A DNA stretch of 64,000 nt, from positions 16,685 to 80,684 of the forward strand of contig JADFIT010000001.1 of the NCBI GenBank assembly GCA_022566515.1, given 5' to 3'. Below are positions 54,405 through 63,056 of the stretch, piece after piece. The first letter of the stretch is position 1. The number at the start of each line of letters is the position of its first letter. Position numbers and translations under genes: made by a program. Under the pieces are notes generated by a model that did not search any database, was not told the origin of the DNA, and was given only the letters and a program-made list of their open reading frames with translations. The DNA comes from Gemmatimonadota bacterium (GTDB lineage Bacteria; Gemmatimonadota; Gemmatimonadetes; Gemmatimonadales; GWC2-71-9).

Positions 54405-54620
54405 CCATGGCTCCTTGCTGCTTGACCATGCAGAAACTTAGCCCCTCTCCCGGCGTCGGGCCATGGAGGTGGCGCAATGGTCCCCACCACATCCCATTCC
54501 TTGGCGGCGGACGGCCACCCAGCGGTACACGCGATCGGCGACAAACATCGAGCCGGGAATCCGCAAGGCCCCTCGCGCGAGCCACCCCCACGACACGTGC
54601 GTGGCAGGACCAGGTCTCAA

Positions 54621-55763
54621 TCAGCACCGCGCTGCTCCTTCCAGCGCCCTAAGCAGGCCGCAAGATCGTTCCTTCAAGCGCAATGCAGCATCGGCAAGCC
54701 TACCGCGCACAGCTTTCAGTCGGGTGATTGAACGCCGCGTCCGCGGCGCGTAGACACGGTTGGTCAGCAAGATCACGAAAACGTTCTGCGACGGATCTAT
54801 CCAGATCGACGTTCCGGTGAAACCACCGTGCCCATAAGCCTGCGGAGACAACAAGGTTCCAGTGTCGTCGCTGCTGGTCGTGTCGTTCATGGCCCACCCC
54901 AACGCACGGCGGCCTTGCCCGGGGCGCGTAAATGCGTCAACCGTCTCCGGCCTCACCAAGGAAACGCCGTCACCGAGAGTTCCGCGACGCAGCTGCATTT
55001 GAGCGAACAGGGCAAGTTCGCGTCCGGTGCTGTACAGGCCGGCATGTCCAGCTACACCATTCAAGCGTGCCGCGTTTTGGTCGTGAATCACTCCCCTGAT
55101 CGGCTGGCCGTGCCACACGTTGATCGGCGCCGCACGGGAGCGCGCGGAACGGGGCAGATTGAATCGTGTCTGATTCATCCCCAGAGGAACGTGCAACTCG
55201 TCTCGAACGAATTCGTCCAATGGTGTTCGCGATACCGCTTCGACAATCCAGCCGACGAGCATCGCGTTCAGGTCGCTGTACTCAACGCGCGTGCCGGGAC
55301 GCCATCGAAGAGGCTCGGACATCACGAGCTCACGAGCATCCTCCGCATCATCGGCGAGCGTGTTGAGCGGCAAGAACGCACGCAGCCCCGAAGTGTGAGA
55401 CAGCAAATGGCGCACGGTAACGGCGTCCTTGCCTTCCCCTTTGAACCCGGCCAGGTAATCGCGCACGGGACGATCGAGATCGACCAGGCCGCGATCTATG
55501 AGAAGCATGATAGCGGGCGTCGTGGCAACAACTTTCGTAAGTGAGGCCAGATCGTAAAGCGTGGAGTCCGGCGACGGAACGCCAGAGCCGCCGGTCCATG
55601 TGAGCCGACCATAGCCCTTCGCCAGAAGCACGGCATCCGCTGTTCCCACCACCACAACGGCTCCAGGATACACTCCAGCCCCAATACCGTCCCGAACGAT
55701 TGTATCGATTTCCGCCAAGGGATGGGTTTGCGCGGTGAGGAGGAGCGCAAGAAGGTTTATCAT
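54621..55763 (-). CDS. Serine hydrolase, beta-lactamase class C / penicillin-binding-protein-like family
   Basis: The SxxK motif is in YDLASLTKVVAT. YSDLN and HGGFTG boxes are present. The N-terminus is hydrophobic. Confidence 0.85.
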   Translation of the reverse strand: MINLLALLLTAQTHPLAEIDTIVRDGIGAGVYPGAVVVVGTADAVLLAKGYGRLTWTGGSGVPSPDSTLYDLASLTKVVATTPAIMLLIDRGLVDLDRPVRDYLAGFKGEGKDAVTVRHLLSHTSGLRAFLPLNTLADDAEDARELVMSEPLRWRPGTRVEYSDLNAMLVGWIVEAVSRTPLDEFVRDELHVPLGMNQTRFNLPRSARSRAAPINVWHGQPIRGVIHDQNAARLNGVAGHAGLYSTGRELALFAQMQLRRGTLGDGVSLVRPETVDAFTRPGQGRRALGWAMNDTTSSDDTGTLLSPQAYGHGGFTGTSIWIDPSQNVFVILLTNRVYAPRTRRSITRLKAVRGRLADAALRLKERSCGLLRALEGAARC

Positions 55764-55784
55764 GAAGTGAAAGCGCAGACGGCT

Positions 55785-56528
55785 CTAGCGGGCCGCCGGG
55801 CCCTTGAGTGATCCCGGAGGCAGCGAGTACAGCAACATCGCCGTTTTTCGATCCCGGCTGGTGAGATCGTGAACCGTAGTGGTGGGATACATCACGTCCC
55901 TAGCCTGGTCGGAATGACCGAGCCCGAGGAGATGGCCGATTTCGTGAAGCGCTACCGTGAATACCGCGTCAAGCGAGAGGGGCCGTCCCAGATGCGAGTG
56001 AGTGGCAAGAGTCAGTGTTCCTTGCTGTAGGTGGCCATCACTACGCCACACGAGGTCTGCCTGTCCCGCGCGGCGTACCTCGAAAGCCTCAACCCACCGA
56101 ACCGTCACATCCGCATTGTCCGGCGTCCGAACGGTTTCGAAGTGGACGGGTATGCCTCCGACTCGGCGCCACCGCAAGAACGCATCTCGCACACGCCGGC
56201 CCAAGGCCGCTGTGTAGCCGGAGACCGCCGTGGGTTCGTAATAGACCAGTAGCGGGCGACGCTCGCGATCGACCCAACGCCGCAAAATGGAGTCTGACTC
56301 AGCCAGTGTTTCTGGCAAATACGTGTCTTCGGCCGCGATCGCCCGGAGCGTAGCCAGGCGTGCCTCCTCAGATTTTCCCGGCCCCGACGCGATGCTCCCT
56401 CCCATATCCCCAGCTCCCGACTCGGAGCTATCGGCCGCTGGCACCTCATCGACTGGGACCCTTCTCCCCAGGTTGAACGCGATGGCGGTGCCTACCACGA
56501 ATATCGTCAGGATCAGAGTTCGGCGCAT
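55785..56528 (-). CDS. Matrixin-like (M10) zinc metalloprotease
   Basis: It has an N-terminal signal anchor. HEIGHLLGLGHS is the HExxHxxGxxH zinc motif. Confidence 0.8.
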   Translation of the reverse strand: MRRTLILTIFVVGTAIAFNLGRRVPVDEVPAADSSESGAGDMGGSIASGPGKSEEARLATLRAIAAEDTYLPETLAESDSILRRWVDRERRPLLVYYEPTAVSGYTAALGRRVRDAFLRWRRVGGIPVHFETVRTPDNADVTVRWVEAFEVRRAGQADLVWRSDGHLQQGTLTLATHSHLGRPLSLDAVFTVALHEIGHLLGLGHSDQARDVMYPTTTVHDLTSRDRKTAMLLYSLPPGSLKGPAAR

Positions 56529-56650
56529 CGATGGAATATTCCCTCCCTCTCAACGATTCGCCACTCCCCAATGGCTAGCATCACGACACCCACCCTTCTA
56601 TGATTCACGCCTTTGCACGCCCTATACCGGATTAGAGCGGAGGTTATTCG

Positions 56651-58921
56651 TTGACTGCGCTGGCGCGCATCGTAGTACGCCTGAGGTTCCTGGTGGTAGC
56701 CCTTTGGGTCGTGGTGGCCGCGTTTGCGCTGCCGCGATCTGCCAGGGTTAGCGACTCCTTGCAAGCCGAAGGAGGGTCGCTGACGCCCACAGAGGCCGAA
56801 GCCGTGAAGCGGACCATGCTGGAGAATTTCCAGCGCCCGACCGTCAGCTTCATGGCCGTGGTGATCTCCGGGCCTGTCCCGATAGACAGTCAACCTTACC
56901 ATACACTCGTCGAGGTTCTCTCCAGCGCCGCCGAGTCCCAGCCGTACATCGACCAGGTGGTTTCCTATCTCACGGTGGCCGATTCCCGGCTCCTCAGCGC
57001 AGACCGCCACACCACCTTCTTTCTCGCTACGCTCACTGAGGACGTCGCCAGCAGTCCGGGTCACCTCACTCCCGAGTTTAGGCGAGTGATCAGACGAGCT
57101 GTCTTGAGCGTCCGGGATTCCGAGGGCTACGAAGTGCACGTGACCGGTGCCCCCGCACTCGACTACGACGGACGACTCGTCGTTGCAGAAGACGCCAGGA
57201 GGAATGAGCTGATCGCGCTAATCCCCGCAGCGGGGGTATTGGTCTTAGCGTTTGGCGCCCTCTTTGCCGCGCTCCTCCCGATTATTATCGGCGTCTTCGC
57301 AATCTCCTGCGCCCTCGCCGCCGTGCAGATTGCCGCCGTGTTTTTCCCAATGTCGGTGTTTGTTCTCACCATTGTGACGATGGTGGGGCTGGCGGTGGGA
57401 ATCGATTATTCGCTGCTGATCGTGACCAGGTTCCGCGAGGAGATGAACCGGGGCCAGAGCCCGAAGGAAGCGGCCACCAAGACGATATTGACCGCCGGGC
57501 GGGCAGTTGTCACGAGCGGACTCACGGTGATCGTCGGGTTTGCCACCCTGCTGATCACTCCAATCATTGAGACAAGATCTGTGGGAATCGGCGGCTTGTT
57601 CGTGGTCACCGTGGCGGTGGCGCTGGCGGTCACACTTCTCCCAGCCAGCCTCGCCATTCTGGGCCGGACAATCGATTGGCCCAACTGGCTCGCCCGGCGG
57701 CTTGCCTGGTACCACAAACCGACAGCCTGGGAGGGTTGGGCTCGATGGCTCTCCCGACACCCGTGGAAAGCCATCACCTTCGGGTTGGTGGTCGCCGGCT
57801 CCCTCACCTGGCCGCTGACCCACATACGGATAGGCCTTCCGGCAACGGGGTGGTTTCCCGAAGGCACCGAGTCGACGATTGGGGCCGAGATCATCGAGGA
57901 GCGCATCGGGTCGCGGGGGGCGTTGCTCCCGATCAGGATCACGCTCCAAGCCCCAGTAGGACGACAACTCCTGAGTTCGCGTTACCTGAACGGTCTGCGC
58001 CGCTTCTCCGATTCTATCCAAGCCGATCCCCGCGTGGCAACCGTGAACGGCCCGGTGAACATACGCCCCGGAATGTCGCGACTGGCGTACCTGGGGCTCT
58101 TCGGCAACCTCAAAGCCGCCCGCGCACGGTACCCCGAGTTCTTTGACGCGTACGTATCGCCCGACGGTCGGACCACGCTGATGATTGTGAGTCTCGCCGA
58201 CAGCACTACGTATGCTGGCGCGACGGAGGTCGTGCGGCGTATCCGTGGGATCGCTGCGAACGGCGTTCGCAGTCTGGACTCTGTGGAAATACTCGTGGGG
58301 GGGTTCTCGGCGGCGAGCCTCGATCTGCAGGAAAATCTCCTTGCCGTGTTCCCCACAATCATCGCCCTCGTGCTCGGTATCACAGCAATCATGCTTCTGG
58401 TGGCGTTCCGTTCGATCCTGGTGCCGATCAAGGCCGTGGTGTTGAACTCTCTCTCCGTGGCAGCGGCATTCGGGATGGTGGTGCTGGTATTCCAGGAAGG
58501 ATTCGGGGCCGGCTTGTTCGGCCTAGACGGGCCGACGGAGGCTGTATACGTAGTTACCCCGGTGTTGATATTCGCGGTGGTCTTCGGCCTCAGCATGGAT
58601 TACGAGGTGTTCTTGCTTTCACGGATGAAGGAGGCCTTCGATCGCACGCACAAGAACGACCTGGCGACGATGGAGGGATTGAGCGTGACGGCTTCCGTGA
58701 TCACGAGTGCGGCAGCCATCATGATCATCGTGTTCGGCACCTTCGCCTTCTCGCGGGTGTTGGTGGCAAAGATGATGGGATTCGGTCTGGCGGTAGCTGT
58801 GCTGTTGGATGTCACGCTGATCCGCATGGTATTGGTTCCGGCGGTCATGCACATTGCCGGCCGCTGGAACTGGTGGCCCGGCGTGCGCCTGCCGGCAGAG
58901 CCGCCGCGATCGGGCGATTAG
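56651..58921 (+). CDS. MMPL-family (RND superfamily) transporter
   Basis: TTG start. Two six-TM bundles each have a periplasmic loop. GIDYSLLIVTRFREE and GLSMDYEVFLLSRMKE are the duplicated MMPL signatures. Confidence 0.9.
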   Translation: MTALARIVVRLRFLVVALWVVVAAFALPRSARVSDSLQAEGGSLTPTEAEAVKRTMLENFQRPTVSFMAVVISGPVPIDSQPYHTLVEVLSSAAESQPYIDQVVSYLTVADSRLLSADRHTTFFLATLTEDVASSPGHLTPEFRRVIRRAVLSVRDSEGYEVHVTGAPALDYDGRLVVAEDARRNELIALIPAAGVLVLAFGALFAALLPIIIGVFAISCALAAVQIAAVFFPMSVFVLTIVTMVGLAVGIDYSLLIVTRFREEMNRGQSPKEAATKTILTAGRAVVTSGLTVIVGFATLLITPIIETRSVGIGGLFVVTVAVALAVTLLPASLAILGRTIDWPNWLARRLAWYHKPTAWEGWARWLSRHPWKAITFGLVVAGSLTWPLTHIRIGLPATGWFPEGTESTIGAEIIEERIGSRGALLPIRITLQAPVGRQLLSSRYLNGLRRFSDSIQADPRVATVNGPVNIRPGMSRLAYLGLFGNLKAARARYPEFFDAYVSPDGRTTLMIVSLADSTTYAGATEVVRRIRGIAANGVRSLDSVEILVGGFSAASLDLQENLLAVFPTIIALVLGITAIMLLVAFRSILVPIKAVVLNSLSVAAAFGMVVLVFQEGFGAGLFGLDGPTEAVYVVTPVLIFAVVFGLSMDYEVFLLSRMKEAFDRTHKNDLATMEGLSVTASVITSAAAIMIIVFGTFAFSRVLVAKMMGFGLAVAVLLDVTLIRMVLVPAVMHIAGRWNWWPGVRLPAEPPRSGD

Positions 58922-58925
58922 CCTT

Positions 58926-59252
58926 CTAGCTCCGGTCGCGGCATTCCGCCTTCTCGACCAACGGCAGACAAGCCTCCAGAGACCAGCTTCGCAGATCCCA
59001 GTGCCATGCGTTCACCCGCTTTCCTGTGCGCGGGTCCTTGAGCGGCTTGTGCTGGAGCCACTCGGGACGCAAACCGATCTTCTCTCCGGCCCGTAACAGC
59101 AACTGCCTGTCCGACGAAACCAGGTGGGCCATGGGCTCGCCGTTGTAGCTGTGACGGTGAAGCCACACCCCCCCATCGAGGGCGTGAATCATGCCTTCGC
59201 GCCGTCTCGCAAACTCCCGAATACCAGGGTCACACCGGACCCGTGCGCTCAC
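58926..59252 (-). CDS. DUF4031-like protein
   Basis: ...MAHLVSSDRQLLLRAGEKIGLRPEWLQHK...HWDL resembles the DUF4031 pattern recalled from memory. The GTG start overlaps the polA stop (GTGA at 59249-59252). The alternative start is Met21 (59192). Confidence 0.65.
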   Translation of the reverse strand: MSARVRCDPGIREFARRREGMIHALDGGVWLHRHSYNGEPMAHLVSSDRQLLLRAGEKIGLRPEWLQHKPLKDPRTGKRVNAWHWDLRSWSLEACLPLVEKAECRDRS

Positions 59253-61999
59253 TGTTTTGCGTCCAACCAGTTGGGTCCGATGCCCACGTCAACTACCAGC
59301 GGGACCTTCAACGTGGCGGCCGCAGACATCTCGCGCCGAACGATCTCAGCCACCTCCGTCGCGTGGCGCACCGGCGCTTCCAGGACCAGCTCGTCGTGCA
59401 CCTGCAGCAGCATGGCGGCCCCGAGATTTCCCCCCTTCAGCGCACGGTGCAGATTCACCATGGCGATCTTGATGAGGTCCGCCGCAGATCCTTGAATCGG
59501 CGAGTTCATGGCGGTTCGTTCCCCGAATGAGCGGATATTGAAGTTCTTGTCTTTCAATTCCGGGATGTAGCGCCGCCGACCGAACAGGGTTTCGACGAAG
59601 CCGTTCTCACGGGCCCGGACAATAGTGCTGTCCAAAAACGCCCGAACGCCCGCAAAGCGCTCGAAATACCGCGCGATGAACTCCTTCGCTTCTTCCTGGG
59701 AAACGTTGAGTTGCCGGGCCAGCGCGAACGGTCCCTGACCATATATGGTCGCGAAATTGATTGTCTTCGCCCGGGCCCGCATTTCGCCGGTCACAGCGGC
59801 AGGTTCGACGTCAAAGATGATAGCCGCCGTTTCTCGGTGGATGTCTCCTCCGCGCTCGAACGCATCGATGAACGCCGGGTCCTCGGAGAGATGCGCCAAC
59901 ACACGCAATTCGACTTGCGAATAGTCAGCCGTAATGAATGCACAACCGGCCGCCGGAACGAAGCAGCGCCTGATCTCGCCGCCGCGTGGCGTCCGTACCG
60001 GGATGTTCTGCAGGTTGGGGTCTGAGGAGGAGAGACGTCCCGTAGCGGCGCCGGTTTGATTAAAGCTCGTGTGCACACGCTGGGTTACGGCGTTAACGCT
60101 TCGAGGCAGGGAGTCGACATAGGTGGAGCGCAGCTTGGCCAACTCCCGATATTCCAAGAGCAGCTTCGGCAACCCGAAGCCCATGCCCGCCAGCTGGGCC
60201 AGCACGTCCGCATCAGTCGACGCCCCAGTCTTGGTTTTCTTGATGACAGGAAGTTGGAGCTTCTCGAACAATATGTGACGGAGTTGCAGGGTGCTGTTGA
60301 TGTTGAAGTCCGTACCCGCCTCTTTGTGGATGGATCGCTCGAGCGCCTGAAGCTCGCCGCGAAAATCGCTCGACAATCCGGCAAGCCGCTCCGAGTCTAA
60401 CGTGATGCCCTTCCACTCCATCTCGACGAGCACCGCGATGAGGGGCATCTCGATTTCCTCGAGAAGACGCCTGAGTCCTGTCGATTCCAGCTGAGGGGCC
60501 AAATAATCCCGCAGAGCGAGGATCGCCGCACAATACTGCCCCGCATACTGGCCCGCTTTATCCAGCGCGACCTCAGCAAAAGGACGTTTCCCCTTGCCCT
60601 TCCCCACAACCTCCTGGTAAGGCGGGATGCGCAGTCCAAGGTGTTCGACTCCGAGCGCGCTCAACTCATGTGACCGCTTTCCCGGATCCAACAGAAAACT
60701 GGCAACCATCGAGTCGTACGAAACGCCTCCCAACTCGACACCTGCCGTTCGAAGCCGAAGCCAGGTTCGCTTCAAGTTGTGGCCGGCCTTCGGCACCTTG
60801 GGATCCTCCAGCAGTTCTTTCAATCCCGCCATAGCGGGGTCGGTCAACGGTGGAAGGTTGAGGGGGGCCGTGTTGTTGAGCAGATCGCCATCGGGCGCTC
60901 GATGCGCAAGCGGTATGTACCACGCGCCCCCCGGCTCCACGGCCAGGGCAAGACCGTCCAAGCCAGCCACGTGCGCATCGCCCGGCGGACCATGAGTACT
61001 GATCGCCAGCACATCGGCCCGACGAGCCTCGGCAACTAGATCTTCGAGCTCCGAAACCGACGAGACCACAGTCCATCCGGCACCTTCGGTGGCAACGGGT
61101 TCTCCGCCGATCTTGTCCATCAACGAATGGAATTCCAGCTCCGCAAACAACGCTCGCAACCTCACCGCGTCACCTTCACGCACACGAAGCGCGTCGAGAT
61201 TCAACTCGACCGGCACGTCCTTGCGGATAGTCACCAAATCCCGACTCAACCTTGCGGAGTCGGCATCGGCGAGCAACGCCTCGCGAGCACGTTTGCTCTT
61301 TACCTCCGGTGCGTGCTCGAGAATGGAATCGAGGTCGCCAAACTCTTCGATCAGCTGCCGGGCTGTCTTATCACCGATTCCCTTCACCCCTGGCACGTTG
61401 TCCGACGAATCGCCGACCATCGCCAGGTAGTCAATCACCCTCTCGGGAGGCACTCCCAACCGGTGAGCGGCGTTCTGCACGGTCACAAATTCCTCTTGCA
61501 CCGCCGCAGGGCCTCCCCGCCCGGGGTTCAGCAAAGAAATCGTCGGCCCAATCAGCTGATAGAAATCCTTGTCTCCGGACACAATGACCGCGTGCACACC
61601 CGCCGCACCGGCAAACGTCGCCAGCGTGCCGATTACATCGTCCGCCTCATAACCGTCTACTGCAACGAGTGGGATGCCGAACGCTTCCAAGAGCTGCTCG
61701 ATCCGCTCGACCGAACTGTCGAAAGTATCCTGCAACTCCGCATCCAACTTCTCGCGGGTCGCCTTGTACTCTGGATAGGTCTCCTTGCGGAAGGACGACC
61801 CTGCATCATGCACCCATACTAGATACTCGGGCTTATACCGCTCGCGAATCCGAAGCAAGAAACTGGACACGCCCCAGGCCGCCGATGTGTTCTCTCCCCG
61901 TCCTGTCGTGAGCGGGCGCGCAATCATCGCAAAGAAGGCGCGATAGATTATCGCGTAACCGTCTATCAGAAAAAACTGGGGTCTCGAAGACTCAGGCAT
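59249..61999 (-). CDS. polA: DNA polymerase I
   Basis: A 5'-nuclease domain (FFLIDGYAIIYRAFFA), a 3'-5' exo-like domain and a family A polymerase domain (RRxAKTINFATIYG, QVHDELVLE) are all present. Confidence 0.97.
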   Translation of the reverse strand: MPESSRPQFFLIDGYAIIYRAFFAMIARPLTTGRGENTSAAWGVSSFLLRIRERYKPEYLVWVHDAGSSFRKETYPEYKATREKLDAELQDTFDSSVERIEQLLEAFGIPLVAVDGYEADDVIGTLATFAGAAGVHAVIVSGDKDFYQLIGPTISLLNPGRGGPAAVQEEFVTVQNAAHRLGVPPERVIDYLAMVGDSSDNVPGVKGIGDKTARQLIEEFGDLDSILEHAPEVKSKRAREALLADADSARLSRDLVTIRKDVPVELNLDALRVREGDAVRLRALFAELEFHSLMDKIGGEPVATEGAGWTVVSSVSELEDLVAEARRADVLAISTHGPPGDAHVAGLDGLALAVEPGGAWYIPLAHRAPDGDLLNNTAPLNLPPLTDPAMAGLKELLEDPKVPKAGHNLKRTWLRLRTAGVELGGVSYDSMVASFLLDPGKRSHELSALGVEHLGLRIPPYQEVVGKGKGKRPFAEVALDKAGQYAGQYCAAILALRDYLAPQLESTGLRRLLEEIEMPLIAVLVEMEWKGITLDSERLAGLSSDFRGELQALERSIHKEAGTDFNINSTLQLRHILFEKLQLPVIKKTKTGASTDADVLAQLAGMGFGLPKLLLEYRELAKLRSTYVDSLPRSVNAVTQRVHTSFNQTGAATGRLSSSDPNLQNIPVRTPRGGEIRRCFVPAAGCAFITADYSQVELRVLAHLSEDPAFIDAFERGGDIHRETAAIIFDVEPAAVTGEMRARAKTINFATIYGQGPFALARQLNVSQEEAKEFIARYFERFAGVRAFLDSTIVRARENGFVETLFGRRRYIPELKDKNFNIRSFGERTAMNSPIQGSAADLIKIAMVNLHRALKGGNLGAAMLLQVHDELVLEAPVRHATEVAEIVRREMSAAATLKVPLVVDVGIGPNWLDAKQ

Positions 62000-62016
62000 T
62001 GGTTAGGGGAGTATAC

Positions 62017-62046
62017 AGAAAAACCCCGCCGGCTTTCCGGCGGGGC
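62017..62046 (-). terminator. Rho-independent terminator of the cold-shock gene
   Basis: On the minus strand CCCCGCCGG-aaag-CCGGCGGGG (9-bp GC stem) is followed by TTTTTCTG. It lies ~28 nt after the csp stop. Confidence 0.8.
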
Positions 62047-62073
62047 TCTCAATAGTGATGGTGAAACTACCGC

Positions 62074-62283
62074 TCAGGAACTCGGCCGTTGCACGTGGGA
62101 CGCATGAAGCCCCTTCTCGCCCGGCTCAATCTCGAACTCCACGTCCTGTCCCTCAGCGAGGGTCTTGAAACCCTCCATTTGAATGGCGGAGAAGTGAACA
62201 AACACGTCCTCGCCACCACTCTCCTGCTCGATAAAACCGTAGCCCTTCGCATCATTGAACCACTTCACCTTCCCTTTCGACAT
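62074..62283 (-). CDS. Cold-shock protein (CspA family)
   Basis: [18 protein letters not shown] (RNP1) and VFVHFSAI (RNP2) are present. The start is taken at MSKG, with AGGAGG upstream. Confidence 0.95.
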   Translation of the reverse strand: MSKGKVKWFNDAKGYGFIEQESGGEDVFVHFSAIQMEGFKTLAEGQDVEFEIEPGEKGLHASHVQRPSS

Positions 62284-62510
62284 CGGGGACTCCTCCTGCA
62301 AATAGATTGGTTACGCCAGCGTTCTGCCGGTCTTCCAAAAACCCGGTACCGCCAATTTTGTTGCGAGTACCCGGGACCTGTCAAGCGTCTGGAATGTGAA
62401 GAGTCGAAGGGGAAGGGATCGGTTGGGGAAGCCCAATGCCAGCAGCGGTTCGTAACGCCAAGCCCCACTTGGATGTACGTCAGTCGGACACGAAAACCGC
62501 GGTTGCTGGT

Positions 62511-63056
62511 TCAGGTCAGCATCCAGATGACGGCAGCCACGGCCGGTGCCAAAACGAGGTTGTCATCCAATGGCCGTGACCAACGCTCGGAGGCTGCCGC
62601 CGTGACCGAGGCGGCAACTACCGCAACCAGGGGCATCCTCAGGGCTAACAACACGACCAACGATGCAGCTAGCACCGCACCCGTACCAATCCAGCTCTTT
62701 GGCTCACCCCCGCCCCACCGACCGCCGACCGCCGACGCGATGGGATCTGCCACCGCAGCCGTGAGGATTCCCGCAGCGGCACCAGGCACCGGAATCCACG
62801 CCGCGCTGGCATAGCCCAACAAAAGCCAAAAAGCACCGCACGGCCGGCGAGACTCCTCGGGCCGGAATACTGGGACCGTACGGGCGAGCACTTCCCTGAA
62901 TGCGGCAAAGCGGAGGCGCACAAGCTCGACGAAGAGAGCGACCACGGCGAGCCCGGTTATTCCGAGCCGCAGAGTATGCCAGCCGGCAAGTACGCCGACC
63001 AGTACGACGGCCCCGGTGCTCACGTGGATGGTGCGCCGTAAGGCGCCGTCGCTCAC
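62511..63056 (-). CDS. Polytopic membrane protein, CTP-dependent diacylglycerol/polyprenol (dolichol/phytol) kinase-like family
   Basis: There are 5-6 TM helices. The AVADPIASAVGGRWG motif resembles the [GA]DxxA[SA]xVG.[RK].G box of that family. This is from memory. Confidence 0.6.
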   Translation of the reverse strand: MSDGALRRTIHVSTGAVVLVGVLAGWHTLRLGITGLAVVALFVELVRLRFAAFREVLARTVPVFRPEESRRPCGAFWLLLGYASAAWIPVPGAAAGILTAAVADPIASAVGGRWGGGEPKSWIGTGAVLAASLVVLLALRMPLVAVVAASVTAAASERWSRPLDDNLVLAPAVAAVIWMLT

